Shown piece by piece: positions 11,836 through 25,358 of a stretch of 43,568 nucleotides of DNA. The notes beneath the pieces were generated by a model. The model did not search any database, had not been told where the DNA came from, and saw only the letters and a program-made list of their open reading frames with translations. Source of the DNA: Octopus sinensis. Taxonomy: Eukaryota. Position numbers and translations under genes: made by a program. The first letter of the stretch is position 1. Each line of letters starts with the position of its first letter. The stretch spans positions 1 through 43,568 of the forward strand of contig NW_021835407.1 in assembly GCF_006345805.1 (NCBI RefSeq), given 5' to 3'.

Positions 11836-14800
11836 ATGCCTACAAAAACTGAAACTACCCTAATCAACTTAAACGAAGAAATCCTACAGGAACTCAAAAA
11901 CATCAACACCTACCTCTCTATTTGAAATCCTTAAGCTCTATGGGATACCAGACAAAATTATTTCTGCCATCAAGGTCCTCTACACAGATACGTCTTCAAC
12001 CATCTTAACCCCTGATGGAGAAACATCATCTTTCTCAATCAAAGCCGGAATACTGCAGGGAGACACACTCGCCCCATTTCTTTTCATCATTGTTGTTGAT
12101 TATGTGCTACGTATGTCAGTTGATACCATCTCTGGCAGGGCTTTGAAATAAAACCAAGAAGAAGTTCCAGACACCCAGCTGAGTACTTGACAGACACTGA
12201 CTTTGCTGACGACATCGCTCTTATCAGTGATTCTCTCTCCAATGCCCAGTCTCTTTTACAATCTCTTGAACAAGCCTCAAATTGTGTAGGTCTTTACCTC
12301 AATGAGGCCAAAACTGAATACATAAACAAGTGCCTGTCCAACAGTGATTGCATCATCCACACTCTCAACAGTGCGCCTTTAAATATGGTTTCTGATTATA
12401 AATATCTTGGGTCATACATATCATCATCTGGAAAAGACTTTCTAACTAGAAAGGGTATGGCCTGGTCAGCCTGTAATGACATGCATAAGATCTGGTCATC
12501 AAATCTAAGTAGAGACTTCAAACTTAAAATATTCAAAGCCACAGTCGAACCAATTCTACTATATGGCTCAGAAACCTGGACGTTATCAAAGAAGCTTGAG
12601 AGGCGGTTGGATGGAACCTACACTCGCCTCCTTATGAGAGCTCAAAATCTCTCGTGGAAGCGCCATCCAACCAAAATGCAAATATATGGGAAATTACCAC
12701 CTGTGTCATTCTTGTGAAAGGTAAGAGAGTCCAGTTTGCTGGACATTGTTGTAGAGCTGAAAAAGAAGTAATTTCTACTCTTCTCTGGAAGCCATCTACT
12801 CGCAATACCAGAGGGCGCACACTCCCCTACCCTGATGTAATCTCCAGGGATACAGGCATCAGCAACAGGACCTCCGTATGCTATGATGGACCGTGAAGTC
12901 TGGCGTAACATAGTAATTCCATTGTCTCGACCACGGTCGAACAATGATGATGATGACCTCTCTGTACTAGTCAACAAATTGGACTCCACTAATGAGGAAA
13001 CCATTACTGGACACAAACCCTCCGAAATCGGCGATAAGCTACAAACTCTGTGTGATACGATCCACACCTTTTTCACCACCACCAACCCAGCCAAAAAACA
13101 AGAAGAACCATGTCAAATTGATTCATACAAACTGAAAAATCACATAATCCCAGAATGGAATAAACCCTCAGAGACAGAAAGTTTTCCTTCTGGAAAATGA
13201 TTAGAAATAACAAGGCCGAGATATACGAAAAATGGATGAACTCTACCCCTCTAACTCTTCCCCGCAAAATACAATAAAAGCTATTCCCAATGAACCTGAA
13301 CCTCAAAGACGACTTAGGGAAAGAATGGCATTAGAGAGACTGAAAAGAGAGATTGAACTTCTCAAATTAAGGGCCCAAACAAATGAGGAAAGAGTCAAAA
13401 CAATCGACGAAGAGATCCTCCTCGTAATAAATAACAAGGCCGAAAGCCTCCACATAGAGAAGATCTCCAAGTTATGGAAAGATGACTGCAACAAAGAGGA
13501 ACTAAAATCCCCACAACGCTGGAAAAAAGTGCCACCTGGTTCTAAACTATGAATCGACTTTCAAAACGGATTACTCTTCCAATAACCCGTTCATAAAAAT
13601 GGGAAAACCAGGAACCCAACCACACAACTACTCCGCCAACCCTCCAACCTCGAACAAAAGAAGGAAACAGCATATTGAAGATGTACCTTCTTACCCCACG
13701 TCCATAAGGAGGAACAAGAAACCCTGGAAACCCTCACCACCAGAATTACATTAACGAATTTCCCCCTTCAAGGAGACACTATACACACAAATCAACAACT
13801 ACTCGAATACCTTATTAACAAATAAAAGAGGATACCACTACCAGGATAGACACAAAACGTCCACACCACGAGGGGACAACAAGGTAATTTTCACTTTCTC
13901 AACTCTCACAATACACAACAATCCCATACCACTCGATACAAGCACCCACGTAGGCCACTCATATCACCCAATCCAACATGACACAAAGAAAACACACACC
14001 AACACCCGCAATACAGGAACACCCCATTCTATCCACAACCACGAACCCGAACCATATTTCACAACAAGGAATATAACAACACACAGGACCTCTTAACACC
14101 AACAGACAACCCCTCTACCCCAACCATTTTTAGACACAGCACACAGATACAGGCAAACAAAATAACACAGGACAGGGAAGAGAAACAGAAACTAATTAAA
14201 GTCATCAATTTAACCAATACAGAACCCAACCCACCTTCTGAAACTTACTCTCCAAAGGTCTTAAATTCAAACCCCCCCCCACGTCCAAACTACTACGAAA
14301 TGAAGGAAGACATTACAGAATTTTGTAGAAAATTAGAAAATTAGACTTAGTGAGGAACTATTCGACCAGCACAATGAGGATGAGTCACTAGCTAGAAATA
14401 AAAGCAACTACACCCCACCAAAAGGTAGAAATAAAATCCTAGACGAATTCTGTGAGCACATTACAAACTTCCCTACCAACACTTACACAAACCAAAACCC
14501 AAACCAAACCTCAACAAGAAAGAGTGGGAGGGAAGAATTAAACAAATTAAAAAATGAAAGATCTATCACCATTAAAGAGGCCGACAAAGGAAGTGCAGTA
14601 GTCTTAATGGAGACAGAATACTATATCAACTTAGCACTCTCCACCTTGGAAAATGGAACATATTACGAAAAGGCTGAACACTACAATCAACAGAAAATTA
14701 TGAGAAACTTAAAAACCTTGATCAACCCCAACAAAGAAGAAACTCACTAACAAGAATTCAACTTCATCACAAATTTCACTAGTAAAACCAGCCTCTTCTA

Positions 14801-16449
14801 CGGTATTCCCAAAATCCATAAAAGCGAATTAATAAGTAAGGCATGCAGGAAGCCACAAACTCTGTAATCAATGTCCCCTCACCAAATGACCTCAAATTGA
14901 GACCTATAATAGCAGGTCCCGCTTGCGAAACCCGCCGCCTTAGCAACTTCATTGATACCCTTCTTAATCCCTTCCTCAAACACATTAAAAGCTACATAAG
15001 GGACGATCTAGATATGCTCAACCACCTCCCCAATACACTTCTTGCTGAACAAACCCTGCTAGTAACATTCGATGTAATTAATCTTACTCCAACATCCCTC
15101 ACAACCTAGGAATAGAAGCTATCCAATTCTGGCTGGATAATTACTCCAAGGAACTCCCACACCGCATCAAAAAGGAATTTATTTTAGAAGGACTCAAATT
15201 CATCTTAGAGAATAATTTCTTCACCTTCAACGACAAATTCTACAGACAGAAATCAGGGACGGCAATGGGAAAGGAAACAGCTCCCATTTATGCCAACCTA
15301 GTCATGGGATACCTGGAAATCACCCTCTATAATAACGTTCTTAACCAATTTGGCATCACTCTCCACACACACATAGAGAAGAACTGGAAGAGATATCTTG
15401 ATGACTGCTTCATCCTTTGGCCCGAAACCATCGAGAAACTTAAAGAATTTCACACCCTTATAAATGGGCTCAACACAAACATTATTTTCACAATGGAATA
15501 CAGCCCTCAACAAATTCCCTTCCTCGACATCCTCATTAAAATTCACAACAAATAAATAGAAACAGACATATACTACAAGCCCACAGACTCCAAGCAATAC
15601 CTCCCTTCCAATTCATGCCACCCTAGACACATTAAAATTAACATTCCCTAAAACTTAGCCAAGAGAATTTGCATTATAGTCTCCAATAAAAACACCGTCT
15701 CTTACGTCTACAAGAATCTAAGGACACATTAACAAGCAGAGATACCCCACGTCACTAATTGACAATGGGATCCAACGCGCCCTAAAACTCAGCACACAGG
15801 AACTTAGACCCCTAAAAGCTGTTACATCGAAACCCCATACTCTACCATACATCTCTACACACAACCCCCTCAACAATGAAGCTTTTGACACCATCCTCCA
15901 GAACATTCCTGTATTAAAAAAGGACCATAGAATGAACCAAATCCTCCTAACACACGAAATCATAAAGAGCAAAAGGCAACACAAATCATTGAAAACCATC
16001 CTAACAATGCCAAAGTACTGCAACCACAACAACTAAACCCAGAGTAAACAAATGCAATAGACCCAACTGTGGTACATGCATCACCTAATAGAAGGTCCGG
16101 AATTCCTTTTTAAACAAGGACAACGTTTCACAGTAAAACACAACTTCACATGCGCATCAGAAAACCTAGTATATGTCTTAACTTGCTCGGACTTTAATGA
16201 ACACTACATAGGCCAAACTAAAATAGCCTCCGCCAACGCATGACTGTCCATAGATCCCAAATAAAAATACAGGAATACAGAAAAATAGCACTTAGTGCAC
16301 ATATTGATACCTGTGCCGCACAACTTCATCCCAATTTTAGAATCTTTCCCCTCTACAAATTTAAAGACAATGCCACTCATACCCAGCGAATAACCATGGA
16401 ATCCCACCTTATTAATAAATACAGACCACTTCTAAACACATCCCCCTAA
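11836..16449 (+). pseudogene. PLE polyprotein pseudogene (many stops and frameshifts)
   Basis: ATG at 11836 (MPTKTETTLINL...TYLS). It rejoins in frame as VLVNKLDS after removal of the RTE insertion, and ends at ...RPLLNTSP* at 16449. Confidence 0.85.
11920..12955 (+). mobile_element. 5'-truncated RTE-group LINE (RT C-terminal half) nested in the PLE ORF
   Basis: GILQGDTLAPFLF, TDFADDIALIS, YKYLGS, LLYGSETW. The 3' tail is (TGA)n. The 8-bp target-site duplication ACCTCTCT is at 11912-11919 and 12956-12963. Confidence 0.92.
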
Positions 16450-16750
16450 CACGAACCCACAACAAACACACTTACACCTACACACACCCTACACACACTT
16501 TTACCCAGATATTAACACCATGACACACGCAAACATATGGTTCCACACATACACATAATTTGATACGGGTGCAAAACATCCAACACTATTTTTTAAATGA
16601 CTTAAATATTGACTTCACACAAACACGTTGCTTCCTGATACAGGCACAAGGCCAGCAGAACTATAAATATTGAAAATTGTACCCACACACGCACACATAT
16701 ATACACGCGCGCGCGCCCCAACATACATATAAACACACACACCACACACA

Positions 16751-16786
<36 letters not shown>

Positions 16787-17106
16787 CACACACATACATA
16801 CATATAGCTCTTCCTGTCCTAAACGAACTTACTTTTCCAGCTCAAATTCAGTCAAGCGGAAAATACACTCCCTAACTACGCACTAAAAAGCTATTCAAAT
16901 ATCCACATGACGTCTACTGACCAGCCTGAACAATAAGAATTTTCAACAACGCTATTTTCGAAAACTCCATACACCACCTACACCAAAATTCATTCTAAAC
17001 ATTCACGTGACCTCTCTATTATGACCACATTCACGTGACCTCTTTATTATGACCAATAAGAAATTTTAGGCGCGATACCAGCCAAATTTTAACATCTCTG
17101 GAGCCT

Positions 17107-18700
17107 TTCAATTTACTTAAAGGTATGCACCATTGTCTCGGATTCAAAAACACGAGAATACGCCTTCAAGACCTCAAAAAAAAACACTATTACAACGTCA
17201 ATATCCCTCCACCCTTATAGGTATGGAATAAAACGCGCCAAAAACTAGACAACACTACACCGAAACCACCCAACCTAACACCACACACAACCTCAAAATA
17301 CTTCCATACATTTCCACCCAAAAACCAAAAATATCGAAGCATACACCCCATCATACAAAAACCTCAGTCTACTGTCAAACAGACCCAAAAATGAAAAACA
17401 TTATAAATACACCAAAATCCTCAAATGCAAAAGCAACACAAATCTTAAAAAAACTCTTGAACAAAATTCAAACTTCACAACACCACATCCACCCCCAACA
17501 GTAAAAAAATGTGCACGCTCACAATGTTGGTACCTGCCCCTTTCTACTTGAAGGTCTGAATTTACCTTAAAAAAGGTACGAAGTTTAAAATCAAGTCTAA
17601 CTTCTCTGTTCCTCCGAGAACCTTATCTACGTTCTCACAATGCGCTGGTTGCCAACATAATTATGTTGGACAACGAGTCTCCCGTTACTAAACGATAACG
17701 GTGCATAAAGAACAAATAACTCTCCCGGAATACCGACAAATTCCACTGAGTGACCACTTAGACTCAGTGTTGAAAAAGTCTCTAAACCCCAAATTCTATA
17801 TATCCCTAATTATCTACAATGTAAAGACGGGATCACCACACAGGAGAGAATTAACAAGGAGAATCTCTTATTGAAAAATTCCAAACACAACTTAATATGC
17901 AAACTCCTCGTGTCAAACTTCCTTTCTCTACCTCACTTTTCATGGATGGACTAACACAAATATATAAAGATACCATGCATCATCACTTCAAGCTAAACTT
18001 ATATTCTTTAAATATCATTTTACTATGTTGTTATTACTATCATTTTTATTATAAATGTATGACCATTTGAAATGCAATTGTCTATGCAGATTATATTATT
18101 AGAAAATAATGTAAATAAAGTGTTAAAATCTGAAGTTAAGTTAACAAGCAATTATATAAAAAAGATATGCAAATGAAGCTAAAATGATAGTTTTATATTT
18201 GGGTTATTGAAGAACTCAAAAGAGTTGTCTCCCCTTACTCACAAACAGGAACTGAAGAACCAGGACCACAATTTACTACTACTTCTGTCCTGCAACATGC
18301 TGAAATTTTAACAACCACAAACACAACACTGCTCTTAATCCCTTTGGACTTAAAAAGTAAAGGTAATTTTTCGTAAACAACCATAAAAAGCAAAAGATAC
18401 ACAACGAACTCACAAGGTATAGGAACTTATTGTTTAATTTTTTTGTACATTTTTATCATTTATCTTTACAAAAAACAATGCAATTTCTTTTTTTCCCCTT
18501 TCTAATTTAAAAAAAAACTGCTTAAAACATAAATATTCTTGACAAGTCATACAATGACGAAACCGTTTGAATAAATATACATTTATATATTTTATCATTT
18601 TCTCATGTTATTAAAAGTCTTCCAATTTGAGCATTCTGCATTTTTAAAAGAAAATTTTCCTTATTATCATTTCTCCAGTGCGTCAACACAAAACCCACCA
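17107..18700 (+). mobile_element. Second, divergent Neptune-like PLE 3' fragment (RT C-terminus, GIY-YIG, 3' UTR)
   Basis: The frameshifted translation gives KKCARSQC-GTCPFLLEG, SNFS..SENLIYVLT, CQHNYVGQ, HKEQI...YRQIPLSDHLD and EKFQTQLN. This parallels 16030-16449 but differs in nucleotide sequence. Confidence 0.8.
18534..18573 (+). ncRNA. Degenerate type I hammerhead motif
   Basis: TATTC-TTGACAA-GTCAT-ACA-ATGAC-GAAAC-CG-TTT-GAATA. Stems I and II are perfect 5-bp stems; the core carries C>T, G>A and cleavage-site G>T changes. Confidence 0.55.
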
Positions 18701-18709
18701 TTTATTGAT

Positions 18710-18754
18710 TATATATATATATATAATATTATAATATAATATATATATATTATT

Positions 18755-18790
<36 letters not shown>

Positions 18791-18925
18791 CAGTGTTAAA
18801 AAAGTCTCTCCAACGTGAATTATATATATAATATATACAGATAAAACACGTGTTCAAAAAGTCTCTCCACAGTCATTATATATATATATACACACAATGT
18901 TCAAGAAGTCTCTCCACAGTCAATT

Positions 18926-18971
<46 letters not shown>

Positions 18972-19135
18972 ATAATATATATACACAGTGTTCAATAAGT
19001 CTCTCCGCAGTGAATTTTATATATATATATATATTATATATATATATATATATACAGTGTTCAAAAATCTCTCCACAGTGAATATTATATATATATTATA
19101 TATAGTATACAGTGTTCAAAAGTCACTCCACATTG

Positions 19136-19195
<60 letters not shown>

Positions 19196-19221
19196 TGTTC
19201 AATAAGGATCTCCACAGTGAA

Positions 19222-19252
<31 letters not shown>

Positions 19253-19401
19253 TTACACAGTGTTCAAAAAGTCTCTCCACAGTGAATTTTATATATATAT
19301 ATATTCACCAGTCTTCAAAAAGACTCTCAACAGTGAATTACATATATATGTATATATATATATAAATACACAGTGTTCAGAAAGTCTCTCTCCACAATGA
19401 A

Positions 19402-19442
<41 letters not shown>

Positions 19443-19628
19443 TATATATATATATAATAATATAATACACAGTGTTCAAAGATTCTCTCCACAGTTCAAT
19501 TTTAATATATATATAATATATACACAATTTGTTCAAAAATTTCTCCACAATGAATTTTCATATATATATATATATTATATAGTATATATACACAATCTTT
19601 AAAAAGTCTCTCCACAGTGAATATTATA
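18710..19628 (+). repeat. Cluster of ~13 forward TIR-like units with (AT)n
   Basis: Repeated CAGTGTTCAAAAAGTCTCTCCACAGTG variants, e.g. CAGTGTTCAATAAGTCTCTCCGCAGTG at ~18987. Confidence 0.92.
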
Positions 19629-19630
19629 AT

Positions 19631-20251
19631 TAGACTTAGATAAACTTAGATATGTTTCGACCAAAGATTGGTCCAGGCCATGTCTAACTTAATCAGCACC
19701 ACCTGATAGGATTATTCGAATCCTGTTTAAGGCAAGTTTTGTTTGAGTCAAATTTTTGTTCATGTAGTGAGTTCTTGTTGGGCAAGTTCTATCAAGTTTT
19801 GTTCAAGTAGTGAGTTCTTGTTGGGTGAGTTGTATCCAGTTATGGGTGGCTTATCTGGTATTCTTTGAAGGAATCTATCCAGACTCCGTTTAAAGTTGAT
19901 GGGATCCTTTTCCTCTTTGATCTCCCTCGGGACAATGTTAAATAGGGCAGGGCCTGTTGAGGAAAAGAAATTATGTTGCAGTATACATGTATGTTGTGAT
20001 CTTGAATTGGGCAGGGGTCGTATGGCCCGTGGTCCCAGTCTTGGATGAACCTTGAAGCTAATGTTAAGGTCATTTGGGCAAAGTTGGCGGTATATTCTCC
20101 ACATCGTACAAATGATGTACCGCTCACGGCGACGCTGGATGGAGTAAAGTTTCAAGGCTTTAAGGCGATCCCAATAATCGAGAGCGGCCATGCCATTAAT
20201 TTGTTTAGTGAATGCCCTCTGGGGTTACTCAATTCTGGAGATGTTTTGTCT

Positions 20252-20252
<1 letters not shown>
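19631..20252 (-). mobile_element. 3' fragment of a CR1/L2-group LINE related to 1242-4240
   Basis: LDYWDRLKALKLYSIQRRRERYIIC, FKVHPRLGPRAIRP, TGPALFNI. The same GGTGGTGC..AGTTAGACATGGCC tail is present, with a short tandem 3' end. Confidence 0.9.
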
Positions 20253-20292
<40 letters not shown>

Positions 20293-20387
20293 TTAGAGAC
20301 GAAAACCACTATTATGCAAATCAAACAAAGAAAGACTTAATCCAATACATAAAAAATTTTATATAAATTAAATATAATTAAGATATT

Positions 20388-20433
20388 CCACTACGATCGT
20401 TTCTTGTCACTTCTATGGACATTCATCAGGTGG
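20388..20433 (-). ncRNA. Minimal type I hammerhead ribozyme
   Basis: Mirror copy of 25359-25404. Confidence 0.75.
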
Positions 20434-21289
20434 TTTCTAGACCTATAATATATCAATATTTTAAGATATAATTTGAAATGACTAATATATATAAAATATA
20501 AAATTATCAATGAAAATATATATAATCAAGAACTAAAATAACCTCTATAAACAATTGTATATAATGAAACCTAGTATTTAAATTCACATATTTAAAGATG
20601 AAATAGCTAATTTTCAAAAATCAAAAAAACAAAGAACAAAAATAAAACTATATATACACACATGCTCATGCACATATATCCATGTATGTATATAAACATA
20701 TCTAATACTTACACAAACTCACACAACACTATATATATCTATACATACACATAAACATATAGACAAAGATAAATTTATAATGTAGCCGTATACTTCTACA
20801 CATTTACTTATTCATACTCCCACACACATACATACAATCACTCATTCATTCATAAACATATTCTCTCAGCATGATAATAACACAGAGGAAAATAACATCC
20901 AGTAGCCGCAGATACTCAACCACAAACTTATAGAATATTTCATTCTTAGTAAATATTAAATACTATATACTATATATATGTAATAACCATATATAAATAC
21001 GTAAACAAACACACACACACATATATATTCTATATACTATATGCATGTAATAAACATATATAAATACGTAAACAAACACACACACACGTATATATTTATA
21101 CATACACAAATACATAAAGACAATGTTTCAACACTTTAATAATGCATACTCACACACACACACATACAATCAATCATTCATACATAACCGTATTCACACT
21201 GCAATACTCTAACACAGAGGAGGAACAAATCCAGTAGACACAGATACTCAGCTACATACTTATAGGAATATTCCTTACTTAGTAATTAT

Positions 21290-21367
21290 TAGAAATTATA
21301 AAAATAAAAATAATAAAAAATAAAAATAATAATAATAATAAAAATATAATAATATAAAATAATAATA

Positions 21368-21401
<34 letters not shown>

Positions 21402-21440
21402 TATAATAATAATAATATAAAATAATAATAAAATTAATAA
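21290..21440 (+). repeat. (AAT)n/(ATA)n microsatellite
   Basis: Seen directly in the sequence. Confidence 0.9.
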
Positions 21441-21499
21441 CATTAATATTCTTTTTAAATGTTTTACATAAATATACATCTGATAATAGTAATAATGGT

Positions 21500-22250
21500 A
21501 ATATGATAAAGAAATATAAATACAATATTAATGACAGTTATAATAATAAGAAGGTAAATAAGAATAAAATTTGGTTAATAGTTCCTTATGGTGATCAAGT
21601 TAAAACGAATATTATTAAAGAGATTTTAGATATTATCGAACTTTTATTCGAGATAATCGTAAATATAAAGACATTTTCTCTAGTAATAATTTTGGAGTAG
21701 GTATTCCACCACTAATAATGTTGGTACACATTCATCTTTCTTCTTATTTAACAAATTTAAACTGAATAATTTTTTATAAAAATAAATTATTTAATAATAC
21801 TAATAATAAAGATAAGACATATATTAACTGTAATGGTAGAGATGAATCTAAATGTAAATTAAATAACAAATGCAATATTAATGATGTAGTGTATAAATGT
21901 ATATTACATTACATGATAATAATTTTAAGAATAATAATTACCCAAAAGCGATTTATATAGGGTCTACTTCCTCTAAAAATAAAATTAAGAATCGCACAAC
22001 ATCTGAATTCTTTTAAAAATAAAAACTTAATCAACTCTACTACTGGACTTAGCAAGTACATTTGGAGACTTAATTCACAAAATATTAATTATAATTTATC
22101 TTGGGAAATAATTTGTAAAACCTAAATCATATACTATAGGAGCGAATTTTTGTTATTTATGCTCTAATGATTTTAAGGAAATTTTATTTTATAAGTAGAT
22201 AATTTACTGAATACAGGTGAAGAGCGCAAATAAAATGCAGACACAGGTTA
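21500..22250 (+). pseudogene. Highly AT-shifted PLE RT C-terminus and GIY-YIG endonuclease remnant
   Basis: KIWLIVPYGDQVKTNIIKEIL (W.NPP-type block), YSTTNNVGTH, then KLRIAQHLNSFKNKNLINSTTGLSKYIWRLNSQNINYNLSWEII...YTIGANFCYLCSNE. This is collinear with the minus-strand ORF at 42598-43568. Confidence 0.75.
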
Positions 22251-23734
22251 CTTTACTTATATAATAAGTTTCCTGATAAACAATAATTATTTAATAACAT
22301 TAAATAGATCCCTTTTATGGGTTTTTATTCTAGTATTATAAATTTTAAGTGTCTAGAGTACTTTTATAATAATTTATTTATTTATGTAGTTTAGGTTTTA
22401 ATTATAGTTAGATATAGATGGTTTTTCATTGTATTAAGTAATTTCTTATTAATGTATCTTAAATATATACTGTTTATTGACACATGAGTCTGGTAAGTTA
22501 CAATTTTATTATTTTTAGATTTATTTTAGATTTATTTATTTATTTATTATTTATTTTTTTGTTTTTATTTACCTCTATTATGTATTGTAGTATATAGACA
22601 TTTATTTATATTTATTTATAATTTTATGTGAATGTGTGGTGTTTTGTATATTGATTATTTGTTGATGTGTATTATATATATATATTTATACATATATATG
22701 TATATATATTTATTTATTTGGATGATGTGGGCGTGTATATATTGGTGTATATATCGAGTATTGTATGTATGTATAGTAGTATGAGTATGTATATGTGTTG
22801 GTGTAGGTGTGTGTACATATGTGTGTGTATATGTGTATGTATATGTATGTAGATGTGTGTGTGTGTATATACGTATTTGTGCATGTGTATGTGTATATGT
22901 GTATATATATATATATGTGCATGTGTGAGTTTGGTATTTTATTATATTGTGTATGCGTGTGTGTGGTTGTACTATAAATGTTTTGTGTAGTATGGGTTTG
23001 TTATGAATATTAGTCTTAGGTGGGGATGTGGGGGTGGGAAATAGTTTATAGTGTGGGGGTATTGCTATATAGATTTGTATTGTGTATTTAATAATTGGTG
23101 ATTTTAGTCATTTAATTTTTATGTGGGTTTCATTATCATGGTTATTTTTAATGAATATTATATCGGTGTCTATATGTATATGTGTATGTATAGAGATATA
23201 TATATGTGTATGTGGATGTGTACGTATTTAGATATGTCTATTTACATTCATATATATACTATAATATTAATTTATGGCTTATATGGGTATAACCTGATAT
23301 GGGTTGAATGGATGAATGGGAGCCACAATGTTGTTGAATGCATAGGGGTGCATTTGGATGGTTGTCCCCTAATATTGTGAATGTTTCCAATCCCTTGTAA
23401 CATTAGATTGGGATGGTGATTATGGCAGATTTATTTATTCTGGGTAGGTTTGTGATGTAGCCATATATACGTATATATAGATGTATGGGAGGGTGTCCGT
23501 GAATATGCATGTGCGTGTGTGCACGTGTGCGCGTGTACAAGTGCATGTGTAGATGCGGGTGTGAATGCGTGCACATGTAAATGCGTGTGCTTGTGCATGC
23601 ACATGTATACATGCAGGCTTGCCTGTGCGCGCGATTGCATCCGTATGCGTGTACACACTCATACATACATATAATAAATATTTATTGATTTTTTTTTGTG
23701 AATGTGTGTGTTTATATATATGTGTATTTGATGA

Positions 23735-23777
<43 letters not shown>

Positions 23778-25358
23778 TTATGGATGTATATTATTTATTT
23801 ATTTATTTGTATGGGTGTGGGTGTGAATATTTGTGTATATATCGAGTATTGTACGTATGTATATGTATGTGTGAGTGTGTATATGTAATATGGTGTGGGT
23901 GGGTGTAAATATGTGTGTGTATATGTGTGTGAATGTATAGATGGGGAGATTGCTATATAGGTTTGTTCTTGGTATCTTGTAATGGGTGGTTTTGATCATT
24001 ATATTTGTTTTGTTTGGGTTTTCGTTTATCACTCTTATTTTATTATAGAATAGTTGTAAATTCATTCTATTTACGATGATAAACATATTATTCCATTCAT
24101 AATCTTTAAAATAAAGTTGGTTCATCACGCGCAAAGAATTTATAAAAGTTTATTCTATTTCTGTTGATAACGTAATTTCTTAACGCTGTAGATGTTTGTC
24201 ATTCAATTTTATTCAAGTTCAAAATGCATAGAAGGTACGTATTTTTTAAGATCTCCAAATTGTAATTTTTAATATGTATAACCTTTGAATAATAATATTC
24301 TCCTTATGTTAATCTTGTTGTTTATGTAGTGATCTATTTATCGTATTTTTCTTTGTTATTAGTTATTAAATAATTTAGACAAACTTTGATAATAGATAGG
24401 ATTTCGATTTAAAATGGTTTAGGCTATGTTTAATAATAGAATAATTTGATATAAGATAATATTCCCATTCATAAATTTGTTTATAGTAATTATAGTATTT
24501 TTTTATAATTATTACTAAGTAAGGAATATTCCGATAGTATGTAGCTGAGTATCTGTGTCTACTGGATTTGTTCCTCCTCTGTGTTGAGTATTGCAGTGTG
24601 AATACGGTTATGTATGAATGATTGATTGTATATGTGTGTGTGTGAGTATGCATTATTAAAGTGTTGAAACATGTCTTTATGTATTTGTGTATGTAAAATA
24701 ATATACGTGTGTGTGTGTTTGTTTACGTATTTATATATGTTTATTACATGCATATAGTATATAGAATATATAGTGTGTGTGTTTGTTTACGTATTTATAT
24801 ATGGTTATTACATATATAGTATATAGTATTTAATATTTACTAAGAATGAAATATTCTATAAGTTTGTGGTTGAGTATCTGCGGCTACTGGATGTTATATT
24901 TCCTCTGTGTTATTATCATCCTGAGAGAATATTTTTATGAATGAATGAGTGATTGTATGTATGTGTGTGGGAGTATGAATAAGTAATGTGTAGAAGTATA
25001 CGGCTACATTATAAATTTATCTTTGTCTATATGTTTATGTGTATGTATAGATTATATATGTGTGTGTTAGTTTGTGTAAGTATTTAGATATGTTTATATA
25101 CATACATGGATATATGTGCATGAGCATGTGTGTATATATATTTTTATTTTTTGTTCTTTGTTTTTTTGTTTTTTGAAATTAGCTATTTCATCTTTAAATA
25201 TGTGAATTTAAATACTAGGTTTCATTATATACAATTGTTTATAGAGGTTATTTTAGTTCTTGATTATATATATTTTCATTGATAATTTTATATTTTATAT
25301 ATATTAGTCATTTCAAATTTATATCTTAAAAATATTGATTATATTTTAGGTCTAGAAA

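Larger units (their letters stand above)
11546..17106 (+). mobile_element. Penelope-like element (Neptune-like; RT + Cys-linker + GIY-YIG), decayed and interrupted by an RTE
   Basis: RT motifs: FYGIPKIHK, LRPIIAGP, LVTFDV, SGTAMG, WKRYLDDCF, IPFLDI, YYKPTDSKQYL..SCHP. Then C.RPNCGTC, FTCASENLVYVLTC...HYIGQT, RMTVHRSQI and LSAHIDTC (GIY-YIG). A 5' pseudo-LTR piece lies at 11546-11835. Confidence 0.92.
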
